From Vairimorpha necatrix (Eukaryota), in contig CP142726.1 in NCBI GenBank assembly GCA_036630325.1, positions 744,001 through 808,000 of the forward strand: a stretch of 64,000 nucleotides of DNA, written 5' to 3'. Under the pieces are notes generated by a model. It saw nothing but the letters and a program-made list of their open reading frames with translations, was not told the origin of the DNA and did not search any database. Each line of letters begins with the position of its first letter. Within the stretch, counting starts at the first letter, position 1. The position numbers and the translations under genes were made by a program. Shown one piece after another: positions 1-12,105 of the stretch.

Positions 1-563
1 TTGTTACCAGAAGGAGAGCTAATTATTGAAGAAGGCTTTTTATTAGAAGAAGAACTATATTTATTTGGCATGAATTCTCCTATTTAAGATTTCTTAAATA
101 TTTTAGTTTCGGATCTGAAACAAGTATGTTTCAGATCATTATGATTTGTTTCATCTTTCAGTTTTAGTCTGATTATTGGCGTGTGCAACACAGCCGGTAA
201 CACTTTTAATACATTATAAAGTCTATAAACAACGACCCTGTATTTTACTATGTCCCAAATTTAACATTAGTGCAAAAATAAATCTTTTTATAACGTTTTT
301 ATATTTTTGTACGAATTTACAATATCAATATTTACAAATGTATTCTTGTGACAATTGGAATAACTGAAATGCTTTTTTAAATAAAAAACTGTAAAAGCTA
401 TATACGTCATGTCATTTTAAAATAAAATTTGAGCTTGGTTTATTTGTAAAAGATTAGATCTCATATTCGTTTTATTGACTAAAAATTTTGTAGAAATGGA
501 CGGGGAATATATGCAAAACATTATTTATGATAATAATAAGCAAAATTTATAAAATTTAAAATT

Positions 564-1253
564 TTATTTCGCACAAAAAAAAAGAACGACAAGAAATATT
601 GTTGCCTGAACAATACATAGAATTATAGAACGTCTATACCTATACGTAAGATCTTTCATGTTTTTAATAACATTGTTGCATATATTTGCTTGATCAATAC
701 TTTTCATAATTTCTTTGTGATCATTATTTTTTTGAACCTGCTCAAATATCAAATTATTTTGATCGTTTAATTTTATGTTAACGGACATTTTTAAAATATT
801 TATAAGCTGTTCATAATTAAGATGATCATAAGTGAAATTTCTGATTAGTATGTCACTATGCAATTGCCTTGTTTTTTCATACAAGATTAGAAGCGCTAAA
901 TGAAGAGCTTCATTTTTACCATTATGTACATTTTCATCACTATACCTTTGTAAAGCACCCATATCTTTTTTTTTAATTTCATATTTTTCATCGCCACACT
1001 TCGATGGCCAACTACTTTGCATTTTTTTAGGAAAAGTCACGCTTTCCATTAAGCTGTCAAACGCTATCTTCCTTATTTTTTCTAATTCATTTCTTTCATA
1101 GTTCACCTTACTATATTGGTCGTTCATTGCAAAGAGCATTTTATCTCTTGCCTCATAGGCTTTATTTATTTCTTTAGTTGATGTACTTGCACTATTTTCG
1201 CTGGTAGCTACTAGTCTTTGCATATTTAAAATTAATACAGGAGTAAAAAACAT
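564..1253 (-). CDS. Lineage-specific signal-peptide family protein with C-terminal hydrophobic segment (member 1)
   Basis: Intact 229-aa ORF. CCCCATAAG precedes the ATG, the N-terminus is hydrophobic, it carries the family motif FPKKMQSSWP..YEI.K.D, and it ends IILCIVQATIFLVVLFF. Confidence 0.85.
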   Translation of the reverse strand: MFFTPVLILNMQRLVATSENSASTSTKEINKAYEARDKMLFAMNDQYSKVNYERNELEKIRKIAFDSLMESVTFPKKMQSSWPSKCGDEKYEIKKKDMGALQRYSDENVHNGKNEALHLALLILYEKTRQLHSDILIRNFTYDHLNYEQLINILKMSVNIKLNDQNNLIFEQVQKNNDHKEIMKSIDQANICNNVIKNMKDLTYRYRRSIILCIVQATIFLVVLFFCAK

Positions 1254-1949
1254 CTTATGGGGTGCGGCATAATTTAATTTTATAGAAAAATTATTTTTAA
1301 TTTAAAAGTTTGATCATATTTTTAGAAAATATCTATTATATAAATTTAAAGTTTATTGGTAAAACAAGTCTTACTAAATTTTCTAATTAAGAAATGAATC
1401 TTTATCATTTTTCTAATATTTTGAATTTCATTTTATGTATGAGAATGTAATAGAATAGATAAACAAATTTGTTTTTTATTGATAACTTTTATATGTAAAA
1501 ACATATTGTAAAACTTTACTTTTAGCTTTATTTTTTGTTACCATTGTACTATTAATTTTATTATAATTGTGTCTTTGGTAAGTATTCCGGCAATAACTAC
1601 TACAATGCTGATTAAAAGAAGTGGTTTATTTGCGCCATTATATTAAAAATATCGCAATATTTTAATATATACAAAAAATGGATAAATATCAACATTCATA
1701 AGGTCTTCGTAATTGTTATCTTTCATATGACAGCTGTTGTACTCAAAACTTTTATTATTATAAAACATGTTTTTAATGATTTAATCAATTTAAAATATCA
1801 AATGATATTTAATATATCAGTATAAAAATTTATACTTTCACACTCTACCTCCTTTCAAAAAATAAATTTTTTATATTTCTTAATCTTGAATTTATAATTT
1901 TCTCATTTGTTAGCTTTGTTTGGGCAAATCCAAATTTCATCAAAACAAC

Positions 1950-4900
1950 AGTTTCTTTGAAAGTATAATCCGCTTATTATTTATGTTCTTTTTCAATAGG
2001 ATGGTGATACAAATTTTTAATCACCCCACTTGAAGTTCATCTTGAGTCTGATTTCTTTTACGTTTGCAATAACTTGTTTTGTAACGTTAAAAAAACCCTT
2101 TGCCGTTTTGACATTCTTTTATATGACATATTTTGTGGCGAGCAGCCTATTCCGCGGTAAAATGAGTTAAGATATCTATCCAAAGTCTTACCTATGCATT
2201 TTTCCTTGTCTATCCTTCCAAAATTTAATACTTTTTTTAGCTTCTCTACGTAAGTCCGATTAAATCTCTCTACTTATCCCGTAGTCGTCGGAATTTAAAG
2301 TGCTCCTAGTCTTCATTCGATTTTGTAGTTCCTAGATAACTCTTTTATAAATTAATTTACGAATGATATTTCATTATTCGAAATTTTGATCTTTGGTACC
2401 CCGTTTTTATGATGGTTTCTTCTTATCCTCTAAGCATTTCGCCGGCATCTTTTGCTCATAACAATATTATGTTCGATACCTTTGAAAAGTGATCAATTAT
2501 CGTTAATATATATTTATATTCCTGTTGGCTTTAGGGTAGTGGGCTTACTATTTCGATCTCCCATATTTGTTTGGTTTATCTGAATTTATCGAAATAAAGC
2601 TGTTTTTTATATAGTAAGATCTTATTTGTTGACATTATAGACACTTTTTTTATGTTTGCGCGTCCCCATTTAAATTTTTTATTTTGTTTCTCGTAAAACG
2701 TACATCGTTACTTTCTTTAATCCGCGAGCTAAACGACATGCAATTTGACTAAATTTTGTCACGTGTTTATATTCCTTTACGTTATTAATTGTTTCCCCAT
2801 CATTATACTCTAGCAATCACTTGGGTTACTACTCATTTAATATGCTCGATTGCTATATCATATTCCTTTAAATACAATGCCATCTTGCAAACTTTGTTTT
2901 TATGTTCGTATTATTTTACAGGTGCTTTATTGCACTATGAGATGTTTTAAGTAATTTTTTCCCTATTAGATAATGTCTATAAAGGTCGGTTGTATTAATC
3001 TCCGCAAGTAACTCTTTCTCGGTTGTCGAATAGTTTTTTTCTGCCTTTGAATGAACTTTCGAATAATAACATATGATTCTTTATTTTCCTCCCCGTGTCT
3101 TTGAGAATATTGCACCTGATCCAAGGTCTATAGCATCGGTCGTTATAATAAATCTTATATTAAATTTGACATTGCAAGTATTTGGTGTTAAACTATGTTT
3201 TCTTTTAACAGTTCGATAGCTTTTATGTATTTATTTTTGATGATTTATTTCTTCCAGTCGACGTCTACGTTCTTTTTTTATAAGCCCATATAAGCATGCC
3301 GTCTTCTTTGATTCATTTTTTATAGGTTTACTACAATAGTTAATTGTACCCAAAAAAGATTCTAACTCTTTTCTGTTTCGATGGATTTTAAGGTCTTGAA
3401 TAGTTTTTATTTTTTCCGGATCAATCTTTACTCCACTATATGGCCTAATATGTGAATTTGTCTTTTTTCATATTCGCATTTTTTTCGTTAAGCTTCAATC
3501 TTGCCAGGCCAATTAGTTCCAACACCTTCCTGGCATGTTCCTTGCATTTTCATAACGATTTGCTGTATATAATAAAATCGTTTATATAAGCCATAGCAAA
3601 TTTTTCAAATATGGCTTCGATATTCTGTTCATCATGCTCTGGAATGTTGCCGGTGCGTTTACAAGACCAAACGGCATGTATAAGAATTCGTAGAGTTCGC
3701 CTCCGCATGCAAAAGCAGTCTTTCAATATCTTTTTAATTCATTTTGATTTAGTGGTTTCCGGAGAGTGCATCCAGTTTAGTTGATAAGGCCGCTCATGTG
3801 GAAAATCCAATATTTCATCTACCCGGGGCATCGGATATAAATCTTTGATGTTATTTTTATTGAGTTTTTTGTAATCAACACATAGTCTAAAGTCATCATT
3901 TTTTTCTTTGCATATCTACTGGGCTTCGCCACGAGCTATTTGATTCCCTTATAATACCCCCTTCTAAATACTTTTGGGCAATCTTTTTTGCTTTCTTTTC
4001 TACTTCAAATTCTAGTCTGTAACAAGCACTTATTATTGGTGGGTGATCTTTTTGCAAAATTTTATGTTCTCAAAGCTTATTCTTTTCCGTATTCTCTTCT
4101 GTCTATTCGATAATCTGTATCAAATAAATTTAACGTTAAGTTTTCGAAGAAAATTTAGTCCTATGATCATATTAGAAGTTATGTCATTCTTTACCACAAA
4201 GTTCCTTCATAAACTTTCTCTCCAATCATAAACATTGTTTTATCACTCCTAAAGTCTTGATTTTTGTACTATTGGCCGATATGAGGCCTTTTGTCGATTC
4301 TAATACCTTATTCACTACTAATTTCCATTGATTGAATTTAACATGCTCCAGAATCGACTAATGCTTGTACTATAATATCTCCGATTTTTATTAAAACTGT
4401 AAGGTCTTTATTACTCGTATCTCCGAGAGATCGAACACAATTACAAAAATCAGAAGTTTTATTTTCGTCAATTTCATCATTCTTTTCCGAATCATTTCCG
4501 ATTTTCTACTATTTCGTTATTCACGGTCTTTTTTAAAATGTCTCTTTCTACCGCAGTACCAACGTTCCTTACTATTTTGCACTTAACAGACCTCCATCGA
4601 ATCCTTTTCAAACTTTTGAGGTAGCGTCCTATGTGTTCTTGATCTACTGCTGCAATCCAATCTCTTGCATGCATTATAAATATAGCCGAAATAACTTCTG
4701 TAGGTGTATCATTAGTAGTATACCCCAATATCGCCAGCTAGTCTATTCAAAACGAATGCAATCAGCACATTATCTGAGAGTCCATCTTTAATTGCAAGCC
4801 TTTCCATTTGGTCAGGATCTAGTAAATATGAACCTTCTGAGTAGAGACATCTTGCCAAATTTTTTATGTGTCCGACGCTACTCAACATTCCTTTAAATCT

Positions 4901-5220
4901 TCTTAAAAAACGCTTCACATAGCGCTATAAAGCCGCAGTTCCATGGCACTGATTCTGCTCAAATTGTTGAATTCCCTGCTAAATGATCTCTAAAGAAAAA
5001 TACCTTTCTTTCTTCACCACAATTTGCTATCGTTGCCCATCCCCTTACGTTTGCCAAGAAAGCATCGTGACCATCATCTCTGCTATTTCTAAAAGTTTTT
5101 TTTGTTTGCTGTTGTCGCCAAATTGTTATTAGAAAACATAGGTTCATTTATTTAATCAATTTATAGTAAATATCAAATAATATTGATATATCATTGATTG
5201 ACATTTATACTTTCAACAAT
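1950..5220 (-). mobile_element. Degenerate Ty3/Gypsy LTR retrotransposon (gag-pol relic)
   Basis: The minus strand reads [27 protein letters not shown] (~3640-3720), AYINDF (YxDD relic, ~3580), and RNase H ITTDA..G.GAILS and NYSTTEKELLA (~3000-3150). PBS-like TGGCGACAAC at 5120-5111 follows ..AACA. Many stops and frameshifts; boundaries approximate. Confidence 0.9.
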
Positions 5221-5954
5221 TTTTGTTAAATATCTTGTTGTGTAAAGATTTTAGAATTTTCTTCTATCATTTTACGCTTCAACTTTCAAAAAACAGGAAG
5301 TTAATTTGTACTAACAATTAAATGCCTCGGGGACTAAAGCGAAAATGCTCTTGTCCATTTAAGTGTTACTTTGTTTGTATCTTTATGATTAGAATCCATA
5401 TTTATCTCTCAAGGATATTACAATTCCTAGTTATTGTGTCAAATAGGAATAGAATGCTAAAATCGTATATGCTGATTTCCAATCAGTTATTCGTAAATTG
5501 TCTAATTTACTCGATAAGGTAATTCGTATCCTTATTAAGAGATTCTAGTGGGAAGACCAGATAAGCACATGACATAAATAAAATTCATGCTGAGTAGATT
5601 TGCACACTGTTTTTATATTCTTAAATTATTTTTGATTTTTGACAATTTATATGGCAGCTCTGGAATTTAGCAAGAGGTCGACTCTAAATGTGTAAACTAG
5701 AGCATCAGTGCAAAATGATGTCTTTGGCTTGACAGGACACTTTGTTTTATGCCGACTGTTTTTTCTTATAAACAAATCTTAGCTGACTAATAAAACAGGA
5801 GTCGTTTTTAAAAAGAGTAGAGAGTTTACTGATTTTTGACTTTAGTTATTATTTATATTATTAAGCTTCTAAATTATAAGATTATTATGTCTTTATTCCT
5901 ATGCAGCTTTGTTTATAAATTATCTTTTTTGTAAATTGTTTTCTTACCCTCAAA

Positions 5955-6464
5955 ATGGCTGTACAAGATTCTGCTGCAATAAAAAGACTAAAGAAGGAAT
6001 ATTCAAACATGCAAGAAAAGAAGAAAAATCAAGATAACAATGACAGCACATCAAAATATATCCACGTAGAGCCTTTTATTAATGGAGATCTTTTTACATG
6101 GGAAGCCATTCTCACGGCCCCTGAGTGGTCTGTTTACACTGGTGGCAAATTTAAATTACACATAAGTTTCCCGCCCGACTACCCCTTTAAAGCCCCAAAG
6201 ATCACATTTATCAGTTCAATATACCACCCGAATATTAATTCTAAAGGGACAATATGTATTGATATATTGGGAGATGGATGGTCTCCTGCTCTTACTATTG
6301 ACAAAGTCCTTGTGTCACTTCTGAGTTGGCTTGATGAGCCAAATCCAGACGACCCTCTTCGTAGTGAAGTCGCTGATATTTACAAGAATGATTTTGAAGA
6401 GTATAAAAAGAGATGTAAAGACAGTGTAAAGAAAATGATGAATGACAAGAACATTAAAAAATAA
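5955..6464 (+). CDS. Ubiquitin-conjugating enzyme E2 (Ubc4/5-like)
   Basis: FPPDYPFKAPKI, YHPNINSKGTICIDIL (catalytic Cys), WSPALTI, PNPDDPL; CCC motif upstream of the ATG. Confidence 0.97.
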   Translation: MAVQDSAAIKRLKKEYSNMQEKKKNQDNNDSTSKYIHVEPFINGDLFTWEAILTAPEWSVYTGGKFKLHISFPPDYPFKAPKITFISSIYHPNINSKGTICIDILGDGWSPALTIDKVLVSLLSWLDEPNPDDPLRSEVADIYKNDFEEYKKRCKDSVKKMMNDKNIKK

Positions 6465-6514
6465 ATACAATTCATAAAAATATAAAGATAAATATATTAA
6501 AACTTTTTAAGATA

Positions 6515-6724
6515 AATTTTTTTAAATCTATTTAAACAAATTTATTTTATATAGATTTAAAAAATTTATCTTAAATAGATTTAAAAAGACTTATTTTATA
6601 TAGATTTAAAAAAATTGATCTTAAAACATTTTACTTATAAACTTATCTTAAAAAGATTGATATTTAAAAATTTCAGCAATAGATTTAAAAAAAATTATCT
6701 CAATTAGATTTAAAAAAATTTATA
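6515..6724. repeat. AT-rich imperfect repeat (ATAGATTTAAAAA units) between convergent genes
   Basis: About five direct copies (6551, 6575, 6600, 6679, 6705) and one inverted copy (~6520). Confidence 0.6.
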
Positions 6725-6739
6725 TTAAAAATATTTCTT

Positions 6740-7834
6740 TTACTTATTTTTTAACAAGTTATCTAAAAATTTAATTTGACATTTTAGTTTATAACTTTTC
6801 ATTACACATTCTTCAATCTTCATAATAGGGTGTTTTTCAAGTTTAAAAATTTTACTTAATAAATAAAAACATCTTTTTCTCATAAGTAAATTTATGATAC
6901 TTTTCATCTCTTTTGTATCTTTAAAAATTTTTATTATCTTCACAATTTCCCATTCTTTATTTTCTTCAATACATTTTTCAATATACGAAATTGTGTACTT
7001 TTCATCAAAAAGCACAATCTTCTTCATATCTTTAAAACTCAATTTATCAAAATTTATAAAATTTTTAAGTTCTTTTTTATCCAATTTTCTATACAAATCT
7101 ACTATATCTGAGATATTAAAAAGGTCAAAATTGATAAAATTAAATAATTCTGGTTTATAAAGACAAATCTCATGTATGAAATTTATAGTCTCTTTATTTA
7201 AAATATTAATTTCTAAATTTTCAAATAAATTAATTATTAAAAACATTTTATAAATACTTTTTGGCTTATTATTTATAGACTCATAATAAATATCTATAAA
7301 ATTAATATTCTTCTTGATTTTATATTTATAAATTACGTCATTACACGGGTATGTCACTAGATAAGATTTATAAATAAAATGGATTTTACCATTTAGATAA
7401 AAAAAATGTGACTTATTATTGGTGGAGGAATTATAAAGTGTTAGATTGTTAATTTTCAATAAAAAAAAATAATCTGAAAAATTGTAAAAATTTTCACAAT
7501 TACTAAATAATTCTATATCTTCATTATTGGTGTCATGAATTGTAGAATCAGTTGATTTTATAACTTTACACCTTTGAATGTTTTCAGTGTGAAATATTTT
7601 TTCAAATTTACATTCTTGTCTTAGGTAGTTTTTTCTTTTTTTGATTTCGTACTCTTCAATTTTGTTTGTCCTGTAAACAAACAATCTGTTGCAAGAAATA
7701 ACAGATTTACAATTAATTTTACATATTCTTTTTGTATTGTAAAACAATATTCCTTCTTTTATACTATATTTTGTAATATTTTCTCTGATTTTCTTTTCTT
7801 CTGAATAAATAGCAGATAATTTTATTTTTAACAT
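6740..7834 (-). CDS. Hypothetical protein
   Basis: 364-aa uninterrupted ORF in very AT-rich DNA, convergent with the E2 gene. No domain recognised; start uncertain. Confidence 0.75.
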   Translation of the reverse strand: MLKIKLSAIYSEEKKIRENITKYSIKEGILFYNTKRICKINCKSVISCNRLFVYRTNKIEEYEIKKRKNYLRQECKFEKIFHTENIQRCKVIKSTDSTIHDTNNEDIELFSNCENFYNFSDYFFLLKINNLTLYNSSTNNKSHFFYLNGKIHFIYKSYLVTYPCNDVIYKYKIKKNINFIDIYYESINNKPKSIYKMFLIINLFENLEINILNKETINFIHEICLYKPELFNFINFDLFNISDIVDLYRKLDKKELKNFINFDKLSFKDMKKIVLFDEKYTISYIEKCIEENKEWEIVKIIKIFKDTKEMKSIINLLMRKRCFYLLSKIFKLEKHPIMKIEECVMKSYKLKCQIKFLDNLLKNK

Positions 7835-8766
7835 TTTTCTTCTTGTTGAATACCCTCAATCGTTTTATCCTTTCTTTATTACGAAAAAATAATAGTGTCA
7901 GAGCACGAGATGATCAACAGGAAAAAAACGAAATCTTTTTAATTTTTTCTTCTAGGCTAATATGATAGAGAAACAAGATTAGACATTTAATATTAGTCAA
8001 ATATTATAATTGTTTTATTGTGTAAAATGTTTTCTACAAGATTTATAAGAGATAAATCTAGAAATATGCAAAAATAACTTGTAAAACACGTTTTTATAAT
8101 AAAAAACCGAAAAACTTCATGTGCTTAAAAAACGATAATAATGTTGGCGACACGTCATTATAGCTTTGCAAAAATTAAAATATCTTAGAGGAGAGGCTGT
8201 TTGTGTGCTCTGCAAGATAGTAGCATCTTTCTTGATATAAATAAAAAATGCTCATACTGCAATAAAATAAAAGGCAGTTGATCACATGTCAAAACAGTGC
8301 TAAAGAATGTTGATTTATGATTATTTGAGAAGGCATGGCGTATTTTAAACTTATGCACATTCAAATTTGTTGCAACTATGGACTGAGAGGACCTAAACAT
8401 AACTGACCACTAGATGCAAATATGCATTGTCATTAAAGATAAAATGGACCGCAAAATATAGACCGCAAAAGGGTAAGTATAATAAGCTTGAGATATAGAT
8501 ATATGACAAAATAAAAAAGGAAATTTTCATAGCAAGTTTGATGTTACAGGATTTGACTGTAAAAGAACAATAAAAAAGAACATAATTATAAAAGCAATTT
8601 CTAGTCGATTCATACAACTTCTATGTGCACAATAAGTTAAGGAAATTACATATTGCTCACGTGAGACAATGTAGTCAATATATATCACTACTGATGCTTA
8701 GAGACGAACATAAGCTAATGACTAAATTTAGACAGAGGCACTTAAGAACGTGCTTTAATAAGTCTC

Positions 8767-9466
8767 GGGGCACCAAAAATCTCTATCTTCTACGATGCAG
8801 TTATAACAACTCATGTGATGAAAATGTGCACACTAATTATCAAGTTAGAGTCAAAAAACTTTTGCTGCTTCCTGAAATAAAGGGATTGAGCATCTAGTGT
8901 AAAAACAACCTTCGGGGACGTTAAAATATGGCCCTTATGAGAGCTAATTACACGTAAATTATTGCTGGTTATATCTCTAATGGTGCCTGAGCTAATGTAA
9001 TCTTGAGATCCTAGATTACTTTGAGAGACTAGACGAAATATAGTAATAAACCCCTAGTACCCTTTGTTCTACGGGATTATTTAACGCGTGGCCTATACTA
9101 GTGGTTAATAGCAATTAAAGTAGTATAAAAATGTTGTTCTGAGATTATGTTGTGTTAAGGAGCCTTTTATGCGACGCGGATGACAGTAAATCTTGTATCT
9201 AAGGTGACATTCCTCCCCTCGAGTATTATTACTATCTCTTTTATTTACCCACTGTGAGGTCACTCTGGACGAGATAAAATTATAAATGGAAAATTATTTT
9301 GTTGGAATTAAAATCTAATGTGTAAGGCTAAACTTTCTGCATCAGAAAGTATAATGTAGAAGGATTAGGCGCGTATGAATCTTAAAACATCAGTTGGATA
9401 AGGATTAAATCGATATCGTCCCGGTCCTTATGTATAGTTTTTCCCGGCCTCTTACTGAAAAAAAAA
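8767..9466 (+). mobile_element. SINE-like retroposon, divergent subfamily copy
   Basis: Colinear with 10343-11131: GGGCACCAAAA, GATGCAGTT..CAACTC, TGATGAAAATGT, AGCATCTAGTGTA, GAGACTAGACGAA, CTGTGAGGTCACTCTGGACG, CAGTTGGAT, then GCCTCTTACT plus poly(A). Confidence 0.8.
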
Positions 9467-9725
9467 CGGAAATGTTGGACAAAGAATCAAAATAAGAAAG
9501 ATTTAGAAAAATTTTGCAAATTTTTAGTACGAAAATTTTCGGTATCATAAACTTTTGAATATTCATATATGTATTTAATTAAAATTTTATTTTCTTAGAA
9601 TTATATTTGTGTAAACAATCAATCAGGCCTGTTGTATCGCCTTTTCTTTACTATATATTGATTTATTCAGCTTAAAAATTTAATTTTCAAAATTTTAAAT
9701 ATTGAAGTTCATAACAATTTAAGGA

Positions 9726-9877
9726 GGTGCCCTTAGCCCATTGCTCAATGGATGCTCTTATTGAGCAATGGCTAGGGACAAATCCCAGGGACATAAAATT
9801 GTTTCTACTTTCTATGATGCAGTTGGAACAACTTAGACGATGAAAATGTCCCTGATAATCAATAAGTTGATTCAATG
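9726..9877 (+). mobile_element. SINE-like retroposon, 5' part (tRNA-like head) of a copy split by a Merlin element
   Basis: Matches 10343-10497. The upstream flank ATAACAATTT (9711-9720) is duplicated after the poly(A) at 13103-13112. Confidence 0.85.
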
Positions 9878-10342
9878 GGCGCAACGGCCTGAGCCCGGAC
9901 CTTTTTTTCTCTCTAAGGGGGAGGGGCCCTTAGAGAGAAATTACTAAAAAAAGAGCATTTTATTCAAGAAAACTTTGATAATTTTAATGAAAAACTCTCT
10001 TTAACTCTTATATTTTTATATATATGGCGCGCCTTCTTCTCTATTTAAATTTCTCCAAAAAATCTGGGATCGCACTTTCTTTGATCCCTTTTCTAGCTAT
10101 TATATCACATTAAAGATGTGACCAGACTCCCTCTATTGAATTTGTGGCCTTCCCTAATTCGTTTTAAAAGCCGTCATCGTAAACTAAACGCGATGATTAG
10201 AGTTGATGGATTCTACTGCTGCTGCTGGGTAGGATTTGTGCCTATTAGTTATGCAAATAGTTTCGTTTTTATGTATTTTTTGAAAAACTAAGTCATCGTT
10301 TGGATAGTTCGCTAAGGCGCAATCTCGATTCTCAATTCTAAC

Positions 10343-11131
10343 AATGCCCTTAGCACAGTGGTAGAATGCAATGCTCCCTTGAGCAATGGCTGGGTTCGAT
10401 TCCCAAGGGCACCAAAATTGTTTCTACTTTCTATGATGCAGTTGGAACAACTCAGATGATGAAAATGTCCACGATAATCATTAAGTTGATTCAATGAAAC
10501 TTGTGTGTGTCCAGCCACAAGGGGATTAGCATCTAGTGTAGAAACGCACCTCAAGGCCAAAAAACAGTATCACTCTTTGGTGACTTAATGATACATAAAA
10601 GTATCTAATGGATACGGCCTAGTTGGAGCTCATGGCTGGTGCACTCTAGAGTGGGTTTCTAGAACTTACTAAGAGACTAGACGAAGTAGGGCAATAGAAG
10701 GTCTCGTGGACCCTATCCTACATGATTCTGTAACACGGTGGCCGAAACTAGTGGGAGACTGGTGGTCAACGCAGCTTAATAAAATCGCCGGGCTGGGTAT
10801 GTGGTCGTGTAAGGAGCCGTGTATGCAATACGGATGATTGTAAGACCTTTGAGTCAGTACGATGATGTCTCTCCTCGGGTTATAGATAACCATGCCCGTT
10901 AAGTATATCCGCTGTGAGGTCACTCTGGACGCGATTTGAGGTATAAATGATAAGTGTTCTCCTGGAGCCAAAGTCCAATGGATACGTCGGAGCTTGCTGC
11001 ACCGGTAAGTTGCATGGAGGGAGTTTTAGTGAGTAAGAATCTCACAGTACCAGTTGGATGAGGATCCCACCCAAATCCCTCTGGTCCCTATGTAAGGTTT
11101 CTCCCTGCCTCTTACTTGCAAGAAAAAAAAA
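10343..11131 (+). mobile_element. Full-length SINE-like retroposon with tRNA-like head and poly(A) tail (789 bp)
   Basis: Head with A-box-like TAGCACAGTGG, B-box GGTTCGATTCC and TGCCCT..AGGGCACCA. No convincing coding frame. A-tail at 11123-11131 and perfect 11-bp TSD TCAATTCTAAC (10332-10342, 11132-11142). Confidence 0.9.
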
Positions 11132-11539
11132 TCAATTCTAACGTTCGCTCGTCTATTGTACCAACCATGTGCTGTTTTTGACTGTGCCATATCTTTCCAA
11201 TGGTATATTGACCAATTTTCCTTTTACTATAACCTTTTCATTAGTCTGTGTCACTTCTTCAAACCCTCCTATTATTTAAGAGCTTAATGTATTCCTTTTC
11301 CAGTGCTTCGTATATTTTTTTGGCTCCGAAGACACTGGAAGTATTCACACGGGAATTTTTGTTTAAGTTTAGTGTAGACTGGTTTTTAGTGAATGAATAC
11401 AGAATATATAAATAATTATGTATAGGTATTTTAGGACTAGAAAATGAAGTTTTATCAAAAACTCCCATTGATGTTCCACATCCTATCTTTTCCCTACACT
11501 TAACCCGGTGGCAGTCTATGTACAAATCATTCAGAGTTA

Positions 11540-12105
11540 AAAATTATATAATTTATTTGGGTATAATTTTCGGCTTATTAATTACTTTTCACAAGATACG
11601 CTTACAGTCTCATCTGGCAGTTCCAGGACTTCCTTCTGAGATTCACTCATTGGGCTCTCGAAGAACCTTCCAGATCTGTATCAAGCCCATGTCTGGCTGA
11701 TATAGTTAGGCTTTCTAAAGTGATTTTAAGGACTTTTGACTGTATATATGCTTCCGTTCTGGGTTCTAATTTGAGCACTTTGATATGCGTGCGGTGAAAA
11801 TTAGTTACTATTCCATCCCACGTCATCACATAAGGAATAATTTTCGGCTTGTATTTGTAGAGAGAAGCCACATGATTTGCGAGCAAGTCGTATTTATGTT
11901 TCTTTTCTGTTTCTACTGCATGGAGGTTGTTAAAACTTGTGATTCCAACTTCTACAACGATCACTTCTTTCCTCAACTTGTCTACAATTAGTATATCAGG
12001 CTTGTTATACTTTATTTTAATACTTTAATGTATCCTACTGTCGACTCGTATCTCAACATACTCATTAGCTACACATTCCTGGACTGAATGATTTCTAATT
12101 CTTTT
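11540..12105 (-). mobile_element. 5'-truncated non-LTR retrotransposon, restriction-like endonuclease (RLE) domain
   Basis: RNHSVQE..EIRVD, KPDIL, VEVGIT..EKKHKYDLLA, IPYVMTWDG; frameshifted; homologous to 30912-31535. Confidence 0.88.

Noticed and set aside
5540-5740. Further SINE-like copy
   Set aside because: Only short partial motif matches, and in the wrong order.
6515-6724. CRISPR-like array
   Set aside because: Low-complexity AT repeats with irregular spacing in a eukaryotic intergenic region.
10343-10414. Functional tRNA gene
   Set aside because: No 7-nt anticodon loop and no oligo-T terminator; it is the head of a TSD-flanked repeat.
10670-10688. Group I intron R element or hammerhead core in AGAGACTAGACG
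   Set aside because: No matching S element (AAGATATAGTC) and no CTGANGA..GAAA arrangement found on either strand.
10860-10900. HDV-like ribozyme suggested by TCCTCG
   Set aside because: Could not build P1/P2/P3 in the required nested order.
10669-10971. Similar ORFs 10669-10971, 37602-37856, 9687-9884 and 10312-10560 as a protein family
   Set aside because: They are antisense readings of the SINE-like repeat; frames and stops are not conserved between copies.
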